In this document: positions 50,168-61,989 of the stretch, one piece after another | Numbering within the stretch: position 1 is the first letter of the stretch | Layout: every line of letters starts with the position of its first letter | Source of the DNA: Amphiscolops sp. MND2022 | Taxonomy: Eukaryota | Assembly (NCBI GenBank): GCA_964187785.1 | Contig: OZ076412.1 | Location: forward strand, 26,970,001-27,034,000 | Length of the DNA: 64,000 bases | Direction of reading: 5' to 3' | Notes under the pieces: generated by a model | Told to the model about the DNA's origin: nothing | The model's input: the letters and a program-made list of their open reading frames with translations, nothing else | The model's database searches: none | Translations under genes and position numbers: made by a program

Positions 50168-52067
50168 AAAAATATGACAAAACCGTACGCGACGGACTTT
50201 CCAAAGTGTGTAACGTGAACTTCGACGTTATTTCGAGTACTCAGCTGGCTCTCCCCTCTGAGATGGGTGGTCTTGGGGTTTCACCCGCATCAATTTTAGC
50301 ACTTCCCGCCTTTCTGGCCTCAGCTTTTGGTGCGAGTGACTTTCTCACGACGATTTTCTCGGAAACATTCGAAGATGTTTCGTTTACAAAACCGCTTGAG
50401 AAATGGTTGAGTTTGACGAATGAACAGGAAAGTCCTCTCGATGGAACTCAGAAAAATTGGACACAACCTGTCTACGTCAAAACCTCCCAAGATTTGATTT
50501 CTAAAATGGATGACAAACGTTCGAATGTTTTTAACGCTCATCAAGGCAAATTTGGGTCTCAATGGCTGAATGTCGTTCCTTGTAAGAATCTAGGCCTGAA
50601 ACTTGATGATCAGCAGCTTCGGATTTCAATTTCGAACGGGACGGTTTACACGGTCTTTCTTGCACCAAGGTGCTTGTCGCTTCTCACGTCATGCTACTCT
50701 CAATTCTCTCATAAAGCGGACGTTGGGATCTCTCGAATTGCCCTCAATGCTCGAACCGCGTGGACTGTACCGAACTGATAGCAAACGCCCAGACGGTGTT
50801 ACCATGATTCCTTGGGAAATGGGTAAACAGCTGGTGTGGGATGTCACGGTTGTGGATGCTCTTGCACCCAGTCGCCTGAATCAAGGCTCTTTATGCAACC
50901 CGGGAACCACCGCCACCGAGGCTGAAGCGCGTAAAATTGAGAAGTATCGCTAATTAATAAACAATGGATACATTTTTCAACCGGTGGCCTTGGAAGTACA
51001 GGGTTCTTTAGGCGAGAGCAGTGAAATTTTCATCACGCGTCTCTGTAAAATGCTCTGTCGTTCGCACGACGATCAACGAGCTGGCAGCTTTTTGAAGCAA
51101 CGGATGTCAATGGCTCTCCAGATCGGCAATGCGGCGTGTGTTCTAGGAACTGTGAGCGACAGAGATGCGTTCGAAGAAATTTATTACATATAGCTTATTT
51201 TTAGTCGGCGCTTCATGAAGTGAAACGCGACTATTATAGTGACTTTTTTTTCTATCCACACGAACTGACCAAAATAGTTCCTAAAAGTTCTACAAAATAT
51301 TATGGTGTCAAATTGCACCATTTGGCCTAGCGAACTGGACCAAAATGGTTTTACCTGTTTTTCCGCGTAACATACCATACCGGGAGAGACCAAAGAGTCC
51401 CCCCTTTCATTTTTTTTGGCACTGCGAGACATTTTTTTTCGGAATTTTTTTTTCCTCAAAGGGTCCCCCCTGCATTTTTTGATGTTTTGCGACAGAATGG
51501 ATGTTGGAAAATCCCAAAGGGTTCCTTCTTTCAGTTTTTTTCGGCATTGTGAGATTTTTTCCCGAAAATAAAAAAAAATTTTTTCTTCAATTTTTTCATG
51601 CTTTGCGACAGAATGGATGTTGAAAAACCTCAAAGGGTCCCCCCTTTCAGTTTTTCGGCATTGTGAGACGTTAGCGCGCCACTCGGTCCAATTTTTTTAG
51701 TATGTAATTTTTTCAAAAAAAAATTTCGAAAAATTTTCGATTTTCGACTTCTGTAAAAGAATACTTGACACTTGGAAGTCTTTTTGCTATTTTTGAGCCT
51801 TGGATATGGCGCCGACTTGGGCCGGTCCCGGCTTGTTTAACCTCATCGCAGTTTTAAAAAAATTTTCTACCGGTCGACTGCGATAGTGGCTGGTATGAGT
51901 AGTTTGTTGGTTGTTTTTTTGTTACTGGGATAGTAACTAGTATGGAGTTCCCTACTTTCGTTGCAGGCCACGGGTGTGTCTTACCCCCCCCCCCAACATG
52001 ATGATACACATGGCACTTGATTGATGACGAAGATCCATGATATCTGATAGAGAAAAAAACAAGAAAA
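50168..52067 (+). mobile_element. 5'-truncated CRE copy in GNB5 intron 1, 11-bp TSD
   Basis: Thumb + RLE + 3' UTR + A-rich tail; TSD ACTTGCTGAAG at 50157-67 and 52068-78; interrupted by a HINE. Confidence 0.92.
51198..51837 (+). mobile_element. HINE/DINE-1-like Helentron derivative inserted in the CRE 3' UTR T-run
   Basis: 5' subTIR AGTCGGCGC followed by inverted GCGACT; internal tandem repeats; 3' subTIR GCGCCGACT and hairpin GCCGG-TC-CCGGC; no TSD versus the empty site at ~49275. Confidence 0.88.
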
Positions 52068-52325
52068 ACTTGCTGAAGTAAATTTTGTTGACCTCCGTTT
52101 TCTATTCGCCCTGTTGAACAAATATTTTGGAGTTTATGAGCAAAACAGTTTCTCTACCGCGCTCGACCGTATCAAAATACGACCGAATGTACCAACTTAC
52201 ATCCTTCTAAGAGTTTCAATGTTGGACTTCCTCGCCGAACCAATCTTTATTCGATATACTTTTGACGTAAATGTGAATTATCGCAGCTTTTTGAATTTTT
52301 CGACTGATGAATATCATTTATGTAG

Positions 52326-52504
52326 TAACGACGGCAGCTGCCAAACTGGATGTGGTGGCTAATCTTAACATGAAAGTTCGCAGGCTGCTCAAAGGTCATC
52401 AGGGCAAAGTGTTGAGTATGGACTGGAGTACAGACAGAAGACATTGTGTAAGCACGTCTCAGGATGGGAAAATGTTAGTTTGGGACGCCTTTACAACCAA
52501 TAAG
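52326..52504 (+). CDS. GNB5: G-protein beta-5, coding exon 2
   Basis: ..[35 protein letters not shown]; TAG acceptor, GTAAGT donor. Confidence 0.93.
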
Positions 52505-52581
52505 GTAAGTAGTTTTCTAAGTCTAACATGACGAAAGGTTTCGAGAGAGAAAAAAGTATTCATTGATACCTGTTCTTGCAG

Positions 52582-52658
52582 AAACACGCTGTCACTATGC
52601 CAACGACGTGGGTAATGGCTTGTGCATATTCGCCATCTGGAGCTCTCGTCTCTTGTGG
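52582..52658 (+). CDS. GNB5: G-protein beta-5, coding exon 3
   Basis: [26 protein letters not shown]; CAG/GTAAGT. Confidence 0.95.
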
Positions 52659-52794
52659 GTAAGTTCACGACTCGTAACACGAAATTGTGAAGGAGCAGTC
52701 TTCCCTAATTAGTTTTCTGTTCATTTCTCCAAAGAAATTGAATACCGCATTAATTAAAGTGTTACAGAAACTACGATGTTCATGTGTGTTTCAG

Positions 52795-52921
52795 GGGATT
52801 AGACAATAAATGTCACGTTTACAAGCTGAGCATGGAAGAGGATGTTTCGGCAACAAAGAGAACCGTTGCAGTCCACACTGGTTACATGTCGTGTTGCCAG
52901 TTCGATCATTCAGACAACCAG
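52795..52921 (+). CDS. GNB5: G-protein beta-5, coding exon 4
   Basis: GLDNKCHVYKL..VAVHTGYMSCCQFDHSDNQ; CAG/GTAAGT. Confidence 0.95.
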
Positions 52922-53959
52922 GTAAGTAATTGCCCTTCTTGCTAACAAAACCTGTGCCCCGAATGTTTATCTTCAATATTGCATGTCCAGTGCTCGTGAA
53001 AATTTTATAGTTCCTTAATAGTTGATATCAAATAACGTGTGAAAAATATTGCAAATGATATATGCCTATTTTTTAGAATTTAAACTCTAGAATTGTGTTT
53101 CGCCGATAGCTGTAAATTGTAGTTTCATTGTAGAGGGTTTAAATTCACTTAAGAATACTTAAATTCTTCAAGAATAGCTCATATTTTAAGAATACATGCA
53201 TTTAAGGATACTGTATATTTATGGTCATCTTTAATTGCAATTTCTCGACTAATCCTAATTCTAATCTGCTTATTACACTTGCCAAAAGCAAGTTTTATAG
53301 GGAGAGTACGGGTGCTTTTTTCCCGGCGAACAGTTCGCTAAACTAGCCTCACTAAGTCGCAAAACATTACGTGAACCAAACTCCGCTCTAAAGTTCTGCG
53401 ATTGAGCTTAGTGATTGGGCGTGTCTGGAAGCTTTTTTCCACATTTTCAAATTTAACTTTGCTAACCACGTTTTTTATTATTTCTGCAATAGCAGCAATA
53501 ATATTGAAATCTGAACTTTGCAACTTTTTTTCAGTCAACTTTTCGTACCCGATTCGAGTACCCACTGAAAAATTCAGATATTTTGTTGGGCAGTGAGTAC
53601 AGGCGTGAGATTTAAATTTCTCAAGCTGCCGACGACAATTGGTTTCTCGTGCGATGGTACGAGCGAGTGGTAATTATGCTTTTGTACGCCGAGTTATTGA
53701 ATGAAGCGAACGAGTATTCATTATTCGTTCGCCGAGAGCTTCGCTTGTATTCAAATGCGAATATGAAACTTCGCCTACGCTTAGTAGTTATGTTTTTTTT
53801 TAGTCGGAGAAGAATTAAAGCGGTGTAAACTGGTACAGTGATTAATTGTGCGCTATATAATGATTAAACAGGAGTCTTTAGGTATTCCAGATATGCTTCT
53901 CTTAATGAACATGAAAGCCTTAAAAGCAGAAATAATACTGTGCCCCGCAGGGGGCCTAT

Positions 53960-54960
53960 TTGTAGTAGGCGTTTTTGAAGAAAATGCATGACTCTTACAG
54001 TGGCTAGTTTTTTTTCGTCAGTTCAACGCGATCGGTCCACTTTTTTTGTTCATTTGTTCAACTCCTTCGCCAACTAATTTTCAGAAGCAGGAGAGCGTGG
54101 GTTCGAGTCTCGCTCTGAACCACAAGTTTTTAATCTTTCCAAAAGTAGAGGGTAGACCAAAGGGTCTCCCTTTTGGGTTTTTTCGGCACTATGCGACTTT
54201 TTCCCGAAAATTTTTGAATTTTATCAAATGGTACCCCCTTGAATTTTTTCGAAGTTGTCGGTTTGTAAAAAACGTTTAACCCTCTTCTGCATGACTTTTT
54301 TCTGAGAGGCCTATAAAAATTTCAAAATACCCAAACCTGTTCATTTCACTCAAAATTCAATGGAACAAAAAATCAGATTGTTTCAACCAACCCATTTCAA
54401 GAAAACGGACCCTCTTTTTCCTATACTTAAACATGTAAAGAGACGTTTCTATAGAAAATTTAATACATTACGCGTCAAATTTACATTTTTCTTAACATAT
54501 AAAGCTTGTTCTACTGGCCGCTAGGCGGCTCGGATTTTGAAGAAAATTATATCAGCCAATAGAAAACGATCTCAGCTTCAATATGGTGTGCTATTTATAG
54601 CTGTAGAGTGAATGAATAGTTTTCTAAAACTAATTCCGTGGTTTGTTACGTTGACGCTACAATATGCAGAAGAGGGTTAATGAGCCTAAAGGTCTCATTT
54701 TGGGTTTTTCGGCATTATGCGACTTGTTTTACCAATTACTTTTTTTGAAAAATTTCAATTTTTCTCAAAGGCAAATTAGTTTTTTTTCTGATGTTTCCAT
54801 TGCAGAAAAAAACTGTTTTCGAGTTTCGGGGAAAACCTTTTGGGGATTTTTCGGCACTGTGTGATAAATGAAACATTTCACAATAGGCTGAGTTTACGCG
54901 CTGCGACATTTTTCGGAAAAGAACGCAAAGAACTGATATTTGCAGTTCAGAAGTTTTTTC
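53960..54960 (+). mobile_element. Degenerate HINE-family copy in GNB5 intron 4 (ends approximate)
   Basis: 53960-54300 aligns with 55104-55420; repeated TTTTTCGGCA(C/T)T..GCGACT units. Confidence 0.55.
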
Positions 54961-55103
54961 TCTTGAAAAGGTCACCCTTGGAAAAGTTCTGATATGAGGA
55001 AAATGACCCTTGGAAAATATCACGATGCCACTGCGCTTCTTGTACTTTATTAGCTTCTTATGGGACCCTTCAAAAAGTTGGTCTTGGTCAGCCAAAATCC
55101 ATG

Positions 55104-55588
55104 TTTTTAGTCGGCGCCTTTTCTCTTAAGGAAAAAAGCCCGACTTTTACAGTGGTTAGTTTTTTTCAGCTGACAATCTCACTCTGAATGGTCCACTTTT
55201 TATAATCTTTTGTTCATTTGTTCAACTAATTTTCTTAGAAGTAGGATATCGTGGGCTCGATTCTCGCACTAAACCACAAATCTCTATGCTTCCAAAAGTA
55301 GAGGCGAGATCAAAGGGGGCCCCTTCGGGTTTTTTTCGGCACTAAGTGACTTTTTTCCGAAAATTTTCGAATTCTATCAAATTGAACCCCCTTGCATTTT
55401 ATGATGTTTTCGATTTGTAAAAACGTTTAATGAGCCTAAATGGCCTCTTTTTGATTTTCGAAACTGCTACTTTTTTAAAAATACTTTTTTTAAAAAAATT
55501 AATTTTTTCTCCAGGTTTTTCCAATAGTTGTTCCTTGAATATTTTTGAGCCTTAGATATGGCGCCGACTTGGGACGTTCCTGGCTTGT
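55104..55588 (+). mobile_element. HINE-family copy (second subfamily) in GNB5 intron 4
   Basis: TTTTT-AGTCGGCGC..GCCCGACT 5' stem; 3' GCGCCGACTTGGGACGTTCCTGGCTTGTT. A further isolated 5' end at ~55722. Confidence 0.82.
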
Positions 55589-56148
55589 TGTATAAACATA
55601 ATTTCATTCAATTCACAAAGGTAACTTGTATATAGAGCATTTACTCTTTATGAAATCACGTTGGGCAAAAATTGCGGCTTCGAAGCAAACTTTCTGCATC
55701 TTTAACTTGAATTATACCAAGTTTTTAGTCGGCGCTTTTTGTAACAATTTTTTTCGTGACCTCACACAGAATGGTCAACTTTTTACAGATTTTTTACGCC
55801 TACATAAAATCTCGGTATTTTCGGGTATTTGTCAAGTATTTCGGGTATTTTCGGGTATTTTTTAAAGAAAAACCTGGAGCATATTTCGGAAGGTTTGTGC
55901 TTTTGGAGCTTTAAAAGTCGATTTGCTCAAGGTCACAAAGGTCTGACTGCTCACCGTTGCTTTTTTAAATTTTTGCTTTTTGCTCCGCCCGTTGTTTTTT
56001 GTCACTAACAATGTTGGTGAGTTGAGATGATGCCGCCCATTTTCAGACCAACTGTTCAAACCACTACACCATGCTTCCATACTTTTTAAAATATGAAATG
56101 TTCACTGATGAAAGCGGTGGGTGTGTACAAGTGCTGCTGCATTTGTAG

Positions 56149-56530
56149 ATTTTAACGGGTAGTGGAGACAGCACACTAGCTCTGTGGGACGTGGAGAGCT
56201 GCAAACAGATCCAGGTGTTCAACAGTCATCAAGCTGACGTCACCAGTGTGAACATCTCTCCAGCCGAGACTGGCTACACGTTCGTTTCCGGGGGAGCCGA
56301 CAAGATGGCCATAGTGTGGGATGTGCGCTCTGGACAGCCGGTGCAGACGTTTGACGGGCCTGAGGCAGATATCAACTGTGTCAAGTTCTATCCCAGTGGC
56401 GACGCTTTCGCAGCTGCTTCAGACGACGCTACCTGTAGACTCTTTGACCTCCGTGCAGACCGCGAGGTCAACTGCTTCGCCAAAGATAGCATCATTTTCC
56501 CCGCCACCTGTCTTGACTTTTCTCTCAGCG
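56149..56530 (+). CDS. GNB5: G-protein beta-5, coding exon 5
   Basis: [62 protein letters not shown] (SIIF and ETG.TF are Gbeta5-type); TAG/GTGCGT. Confidence 0.95.
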
Positions 56531-56604
56531 GTGCGTACTACATACCACATATTTTTCGATTTTTTTAAAGTCCCAGAAAAATTGCTGAGCTCCAAAGCAG
56601 AGGT

Positions 56605-56945
56605 GTGATAGCGTTAGCGACAATTCAGCATAAATTAGCGATAGTTAGCAACAAATTAAAGCGTTAGCAAACTTTTTTATTCGCTAAAAGAATTCAAAAT
56701 TATCCAATGTAACAATTTAATGCGAATCGAACTGTTATCCAGTGTGCCCGGCAATGTTCAGAACCCAAGGCGAACTAGATTTTGCCCAGAAAATTTTCAA
56801 AATTTGTCACTTTTAAAGTACAATTCTGAAATTTTTAAATGAATATCTTGAAAGTCAGAATTTTTAATTAGCGATTAGCGAACCAATTTTGTTGTAGCGA
56901 TAGCGATGGAATCAAGCCATTAGCGATGTTAGCGATTAGCGATAA
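56605..56945 (+). repeat. TTAGCG(A)-rich mini-array in GNB5 intron 5
   Basis: Many TAGCG/TTAGCGA units at 56605-56700 and 56865-56945. Confidence 0.7.
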
Positions 56946-57127
56946 AATTGTTACTGATCACACAATTTTGGACCGTTTCCAATCTAATGATCCAGAACTG
57001 TTCTCATGTCAATCGTGCTTAGTGTTGACCAAAGTTTGCTAATGCGTCTTCTTTTTCATTGATATCCACTGTGGTGATTCTTGAGATTTTAGCTGTGCAT
57101 CAATCACACCTCATTGTGTTGTGATAG

Positions 57128-57294
57128 GTCGTGTCATCTTTGCGGGCTACAACGACTACACAGTGAACGTGTGGGACACTCTGAAAGCATCTCGCATCGC
57201 CATCTTGTTTGGCCACGACAACCGCGTCTCCTGTTTGGGAGTCTCCCCCGACGGATGTGCACTCATGACTGGTTCATGGGATTATACTCTGAGA
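57128..57294 (+). CDS. GNB5: G-protein beta-5, coding exon 6
   Basis: [42 protein letters not shown]; TAG/GTAAGT. Confidence 0.95.
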
Positions 57295-57985
57295 GTAAGT
57301 TCAGCTCATGATTCCTTCCTTTCTCACGTACACATTCATGGCAGCTTTGAAAAAGTTGTAAAAGTGGCTGAGATGATAGTTTTTTTTTAAAAAAAACAGT
57401 AAAATTGATCTATTTCACCTGCTTTTGTTTGTTCACCAAAATAAGTTTTTCTATGCCAAAAAAATGTAGAAATGAGTCTCGAACGAGTCCATTTTTATAA
57501 CTTCGTGATCAAAGTTGCCCTCTAATCGGATGAAACTTTTTTAATCACTTAAATCCGAAAAAAATGATCAAGATTAATTTGAATAAAATTTAAAAAATGC
57601 AGAAAACAGATTTTTTTTGTAAACATTTTCTAAACGAGAAAGTGATTTTAAAACGCTGAATTTTTTTTGTAATTACAATACTGAAAAAAGTCACTTTGTT
57701 CGTAATAGAATCTTTCTATCTTTCTATTTCAATATATGATGCTCAATAGATGAAAATTCGAAAAAAGACAGCCTAGATACCAATTTACTCACTTATTTCG
57801 CAATGATTCTGAAAATGGTTAATTAGTCATGGTTGTCAGGATGAGCGGACCGGTTGAATGGTGTACTATATGCAATGCAAGATATGCCACGCCAGAATGA
57901 AAATCGTTGGTCCGGAAACAGCTTTATATAGTTATACCCGGAGTTGGATTGTCATAAGTTTTAGTGTACTGTCCTTTATTACTTA

Positions 57986-58330
57986 AACAAGCCGGTAACC
58001 GCCCCAAGTCGGCGCTCAAGTTGGAAAAAAGTTTCTTAAATATACTAGAGACACCCATTTTTTGAAAAGTAATTTTCTCGATAATTTTTGTCGGAAAAGT
58101 CTCAGTGCTGGAAAGGATCTTTAAGTTCGCAAAACACTTTTTTTCAAGCTAAAGACATACATGAAAATGAAAGGGTACATTTTGACCAAACAATTTCTAT
58201 TTAAAAAACTCGCTTTGGGCAGAAAAATTCTAAGGTGGCCGTTTGGGCCTAAAGGGCTTCTTTGCATTTATTCTCACCAAAAAAAAAATCAATTACTTCG
58301 GGTATCATGTCAAACTTCAGATATAGTGTG
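57986..58330 (-). mobile_element. HINE-family 3' fragment in GNB5 intron 6
   Basis: Plus strand AACAAGCCGGTAACCGCCCCAAGTCGGCGC is the reverse complement of the family 3' end. Inner boundary approximate. Confidence 0.65.
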
Positions 58331-58954
58331 CTTTTTTAGGAGGAAACAACACATCAAAACATAAGATCTCCGCCTCCTCTCTAATACTATTAAACAACTG
58401 AAACCCTGACTCTTCTACACGAGACTTATATGTACTTCTGAAATAGACTACTGCTTCTAAAACAGTGTTGGACTTTGATAACTTCTAATTGAAGTTTCAA
58501 ATTTGCACTGAAATTTGTACATTAATACATTATGCTGTGTGCCACTTGATATATCTGGAAGGGGTTAAACCCCTTGTGGTGAAAACCACAGAATTCATTA
58601 TAATAATAATACAACGCAATTTACTTTGGATAGTACGTGAAAAGTTTGTATATAGTGTACTGAGACAATTGGGAGTGTTTTTTCGGACCTCCGCCTCCTC
58701 CGTAGTAAAACGCAAATTACTTCGGATATAACGTCAACATTTCAGATATAGCTTGCTGACTAGGCCAAATGGTCTCTAACGTATAAATATTTGCTCCATT
58801 TGTACTCCGTGAAAGTGGACGGATCAGAGTTACTAGAGAAAAAAAATTAGTCATTGTAAGAGTCGTGTTTTTTCTACGGAAAACGCTGACTACAAAAAGG
58901 ACTGTACAAGGTATCCTGAATTGCTCGATGTGCAAATTGCAGTGCAGGGTTCTG

Positions 58955-59312
58955 TCATCGCTAATCACTAAATCGCTATTTTGCAATCGCTAATCAGGTA
59001 GAAAAAATTGCTTACTTCAGCTGATGTACAATCAGAAAAAGGAAAAAATGTTTTCGGAATGTGACAAGACTGACCGTCGAAAAGTGTGCAGTTGTACATG
59101 GGTAGAACTAGATTTTTGCACGGATTTTTCAGCAATTACAGGGAAATCACGCCAAAAGGAATTGGTTTGTGGTACATGTTAAACGCTTTCTTCGTGTATG
59201 CCACGATTTTCTTGAAACAATTAATTTAGAGAGATTAATCGCACTGTTAGAAATCGCTAATAAAATACCGATGAATCAGTTTGCTAATAAAATCTTCCCG
59301 TTCGCTAATTGC
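58955..59312 (-). repeat. (T)CGCTAA-rich mini-array in GNB5 intron 6
   Basis: CGCTAA/TCGCTA units at 58955-59000 and 59240-59312, reverse complement of the intron 5 units. Confidence 0.6.
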
Positions 59313-59504
59313 GGTGTCGTAACCATGTTGCAGGGGGTGTTAGGGTTTTCCTAATCGTAGGAGATTGGACCCTGTGCGCTTTCAGAGCTTCATGTGACCC
59401 CCGGCAAATCGAGACGGTAGAATAATTCTGTGAACCGCATTTTCTGTAATCCGTGTTTTAATTAATCAAATTGCTATCTTTTGGTATATGAAAGTTTGTT
59501 TCAG

Positions 59505-59516
59505 GTGTGGGCCTAA
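59505..59516 (+). CDS. GNB5: G-protein beta-5, terminal coding exon (VWA*)
   Basis: TTTCAG|GTG TGG GCC TAA; the seven exons total 1062 nt = 353 aa plus stop, the length of the short vertebrate Gbeta5. Confidence 0.85.
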   Translation: MWA

Positions 59517-61989
59517 AATTTCGACTGCCTCAGTTGTCTCAAAACTTTAACATGACACTAGAAAAAACCCGTCAAATGGGATCACATCGTCCTCTTCCTT
59601 GCTCTTTGCTTTTTGCCCCATCTGGTCGTGTTTCCTTTGAGGATGCGATGAAACCCACAGCCACTCCCCTCAAAGACATTCGCAGTTGCGTTTTCATTTT
59701 TCAAGTTACCCTTGTAGAGAAGTTCGAAGTCGTTTTGAAGTTTCTCTGAAGAGATTTTCGGTCTGGGCGTACAATCACTGTCGAAAAGATGAAGAAAATG
59801 CCAAGGGACCATGTTATCATCAGGAAGACTTTGTGATACTGATTTATGATTAGTTTTTCCAGTCATCCTAGTTTTCTCCGTTGTATTCATTCTTGCGTAT
59901 CACAACTATCCCTATTTTGTTTCATAGTGCGAAATAGTTGCATATAATACCTTCCACTGAGCCGTTGACTTTTAATTTGGGCAATATTGTGATGTATTGA
60001 CATAATGTGTTTCGAAGAATTCTCTCTTGACAGTGCCATCATCAATCTATCTACCCTCAATTCCTCTGAAATAGTTTCCATGTTTTGTAGACTTATGACT
60101 CTTATCTTTGTCTCTCTTGCTGCCGTAGTATCATACTTTCCGCTCTTTTCTCCAAACTCTAGAATCGGTCTCTACTAGTGCTGATATTTTTTGTAGAGTG
60201 TCATAAACAACATATATTTTCAAAAACCCTTTTCAGCAGCGATCTGACATGGTTGTGATCAACTTGGTTGCTTTTGGTATACGAAGAACGTAACCTGAAA
60301 AAACTGTTATTCTGAACACTTCGATTGATGGCTGAGCTTGTGTCTCTTTTTCAACTGAAGCAAATGCGAGAAAGAATGGTAATGTCTGGGAGACGGCAGC
60401 AGTTGACTCAAATTACATTCTAAATTATTTAGCTCACCTATCAAATGGACTTTACTCGGGGATGGCAGATACTCACGGACAATGTTCGTCAATGTCACGG
60501 CGCTGTTCACGAGGAAAAAAGCCAAATTTCACGCTGAAGTTCACGGAAAACTTTCAAAATCACGATTTCATGAAAAAAAACTTTTCTACATTGATTTCTG
60601 TGTAATTTTGATAACAATCTACCTGAAATTTCACATTTACATTCTTCAATTTGGAAAGAGTTTATTCAAGAATTGCAATGGGTAAAAAATTGAGTAAAAA
60701 CTGGCAAGACTGAAGTTATTTGCTGATCATTTTAATGAAAATGCAACAAAAGGCCTTCAGATTTATTTTTGATCGATTACACGCAAATGTCACGGATTTA
60801 TGCGAATCCAGTTTTTCACGCAAGTCACGATTTTACATGCTGTGAATTTCTGCCATCCCTAACTTTGCTGATCAAAATAGAACAAAAAGCTTTAAGCGTG
60901 CAATATTTAATTGAAAGAGTTTTTTCCATTATAGCAAGTTCTCAAAGTTGAAGTTGCTGTCTTTTTTCGATATCTCATTTTGCCTGAGCATTTTTATTCA
61001 TCATCAGTGAATACGTCTACTACAGCATGAACATGAGGAAATTAACCATTTTTTCTACGATGCCTGTTTGGGCAGCGTCTGGTTTTAACAAAAATATATT
61101 CTCGAGGCTATGCGTTAATCTTCTTTGAGTTTATCTGTCAATGCAACGACAGCAACTTCATTACAAATTCCTTACCCCTCCATCTCTCTGTTTCTTCCGC
61201 CCCTCCTACCCTTTGCTTCTGTTACCAATCTGTTTTGATCTCTTCCCCCCCCCCTTTAGTAGTGCAAGTGCAAATGACACAATCACCGAAGCAGCAGCTC
61301 AAATTTTACCTCCTTTGTAGTAGTTTTTCTCATTCAAACGAACTTAGCAATACTTTATTACCATTAAATAGTAATTATTTATTATTAAATTACGAAGCTG
61401 ACACAGCGACCACACAAATTTAATGAAATTTTATTTAGATTCGATTCCAATTTATTCCCCTTCACAAAGTATTTCATGATTCTTTCTCCATTTTCAACTC
61501 CAAATATTGAGTCACTAGCAGGTTTATAACTTTTCGAATTTAAAAGTTGAAAAAGAGCCAGCCACCTTCGGATAAAATCAGTGTCTGCCTTCAAAAACGA
61601 ACGAACATTTTCGCAATCTACTGCTAAACAAATGTTCGCAGTGGAAGACGGACGCGACTTCTATTCTAAGGTGGCTGCAACTATTTGAACTTCTCATGTT
61701 GAACCTAAAGGAAGCGGTTGTCATTTTAACGAAACATCTGAATATGATGAGATTTGATAGTTGTTTTTTATTTTCCGTCCATATTTCATATGGAAAAGGA
61801 AAATATTTAGATCAAACAGTTTTACAAAATTTGCCAAGCACCAAATTTATATCCAAGCTAAAGGGCTTCCCCCATAAACTTCATTTGACGTAAAATTAGT
61901 AGCATGCGGTATGCATTTGTGGAGATTTTTGGACTTTTTGGTTGACCCCAAAGACCTCAGAATGACCCAAAAATGATCCCAAAATAGTA

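Noticed and set aside
52015-52050. Hammerhead ribozyme in the CRE 3' UTR (TTGATGACGAAG)
   Set aside because: No stem II between the UGAUGA and GAAA-like segments, and the core deviates from CUGAUGA..GAAA.
52040-52050. U2 snRNA match (ATATCTGATA) as a possible Utopia-like target
   Set aside because: Only ~10 nt; it is part of the element's own 3' end and no other U2 sequence is present.
1-52067. Spliced-leader RNA genes as the CRE target
   Set aside because: No repeated SL-exon/GT-donor/Sm-site unit flanks the copies, and the two TSDs are unrelated.
53706-53761. Two adjacent hairpins (GCGAACGA..TCGTTCGC) as a possible miRNA or terminator
   Set aside because: Stems are too short for a pre-miRNA, single occurrence, intronic repeat-rich context.
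56865-56945. Interstitial telomere repeat
   Set aside because: Units are TTAGCG(A), irregularly spaced, not TTAGGG/TTAGG/TTAGGC arrays.
59887-59890. ATGA stop/start overlap suggesting operon-type translational coupling
   Set aside because: Eukaryotic locus with short unrecognised ORFs; such overlaps arise by chance.
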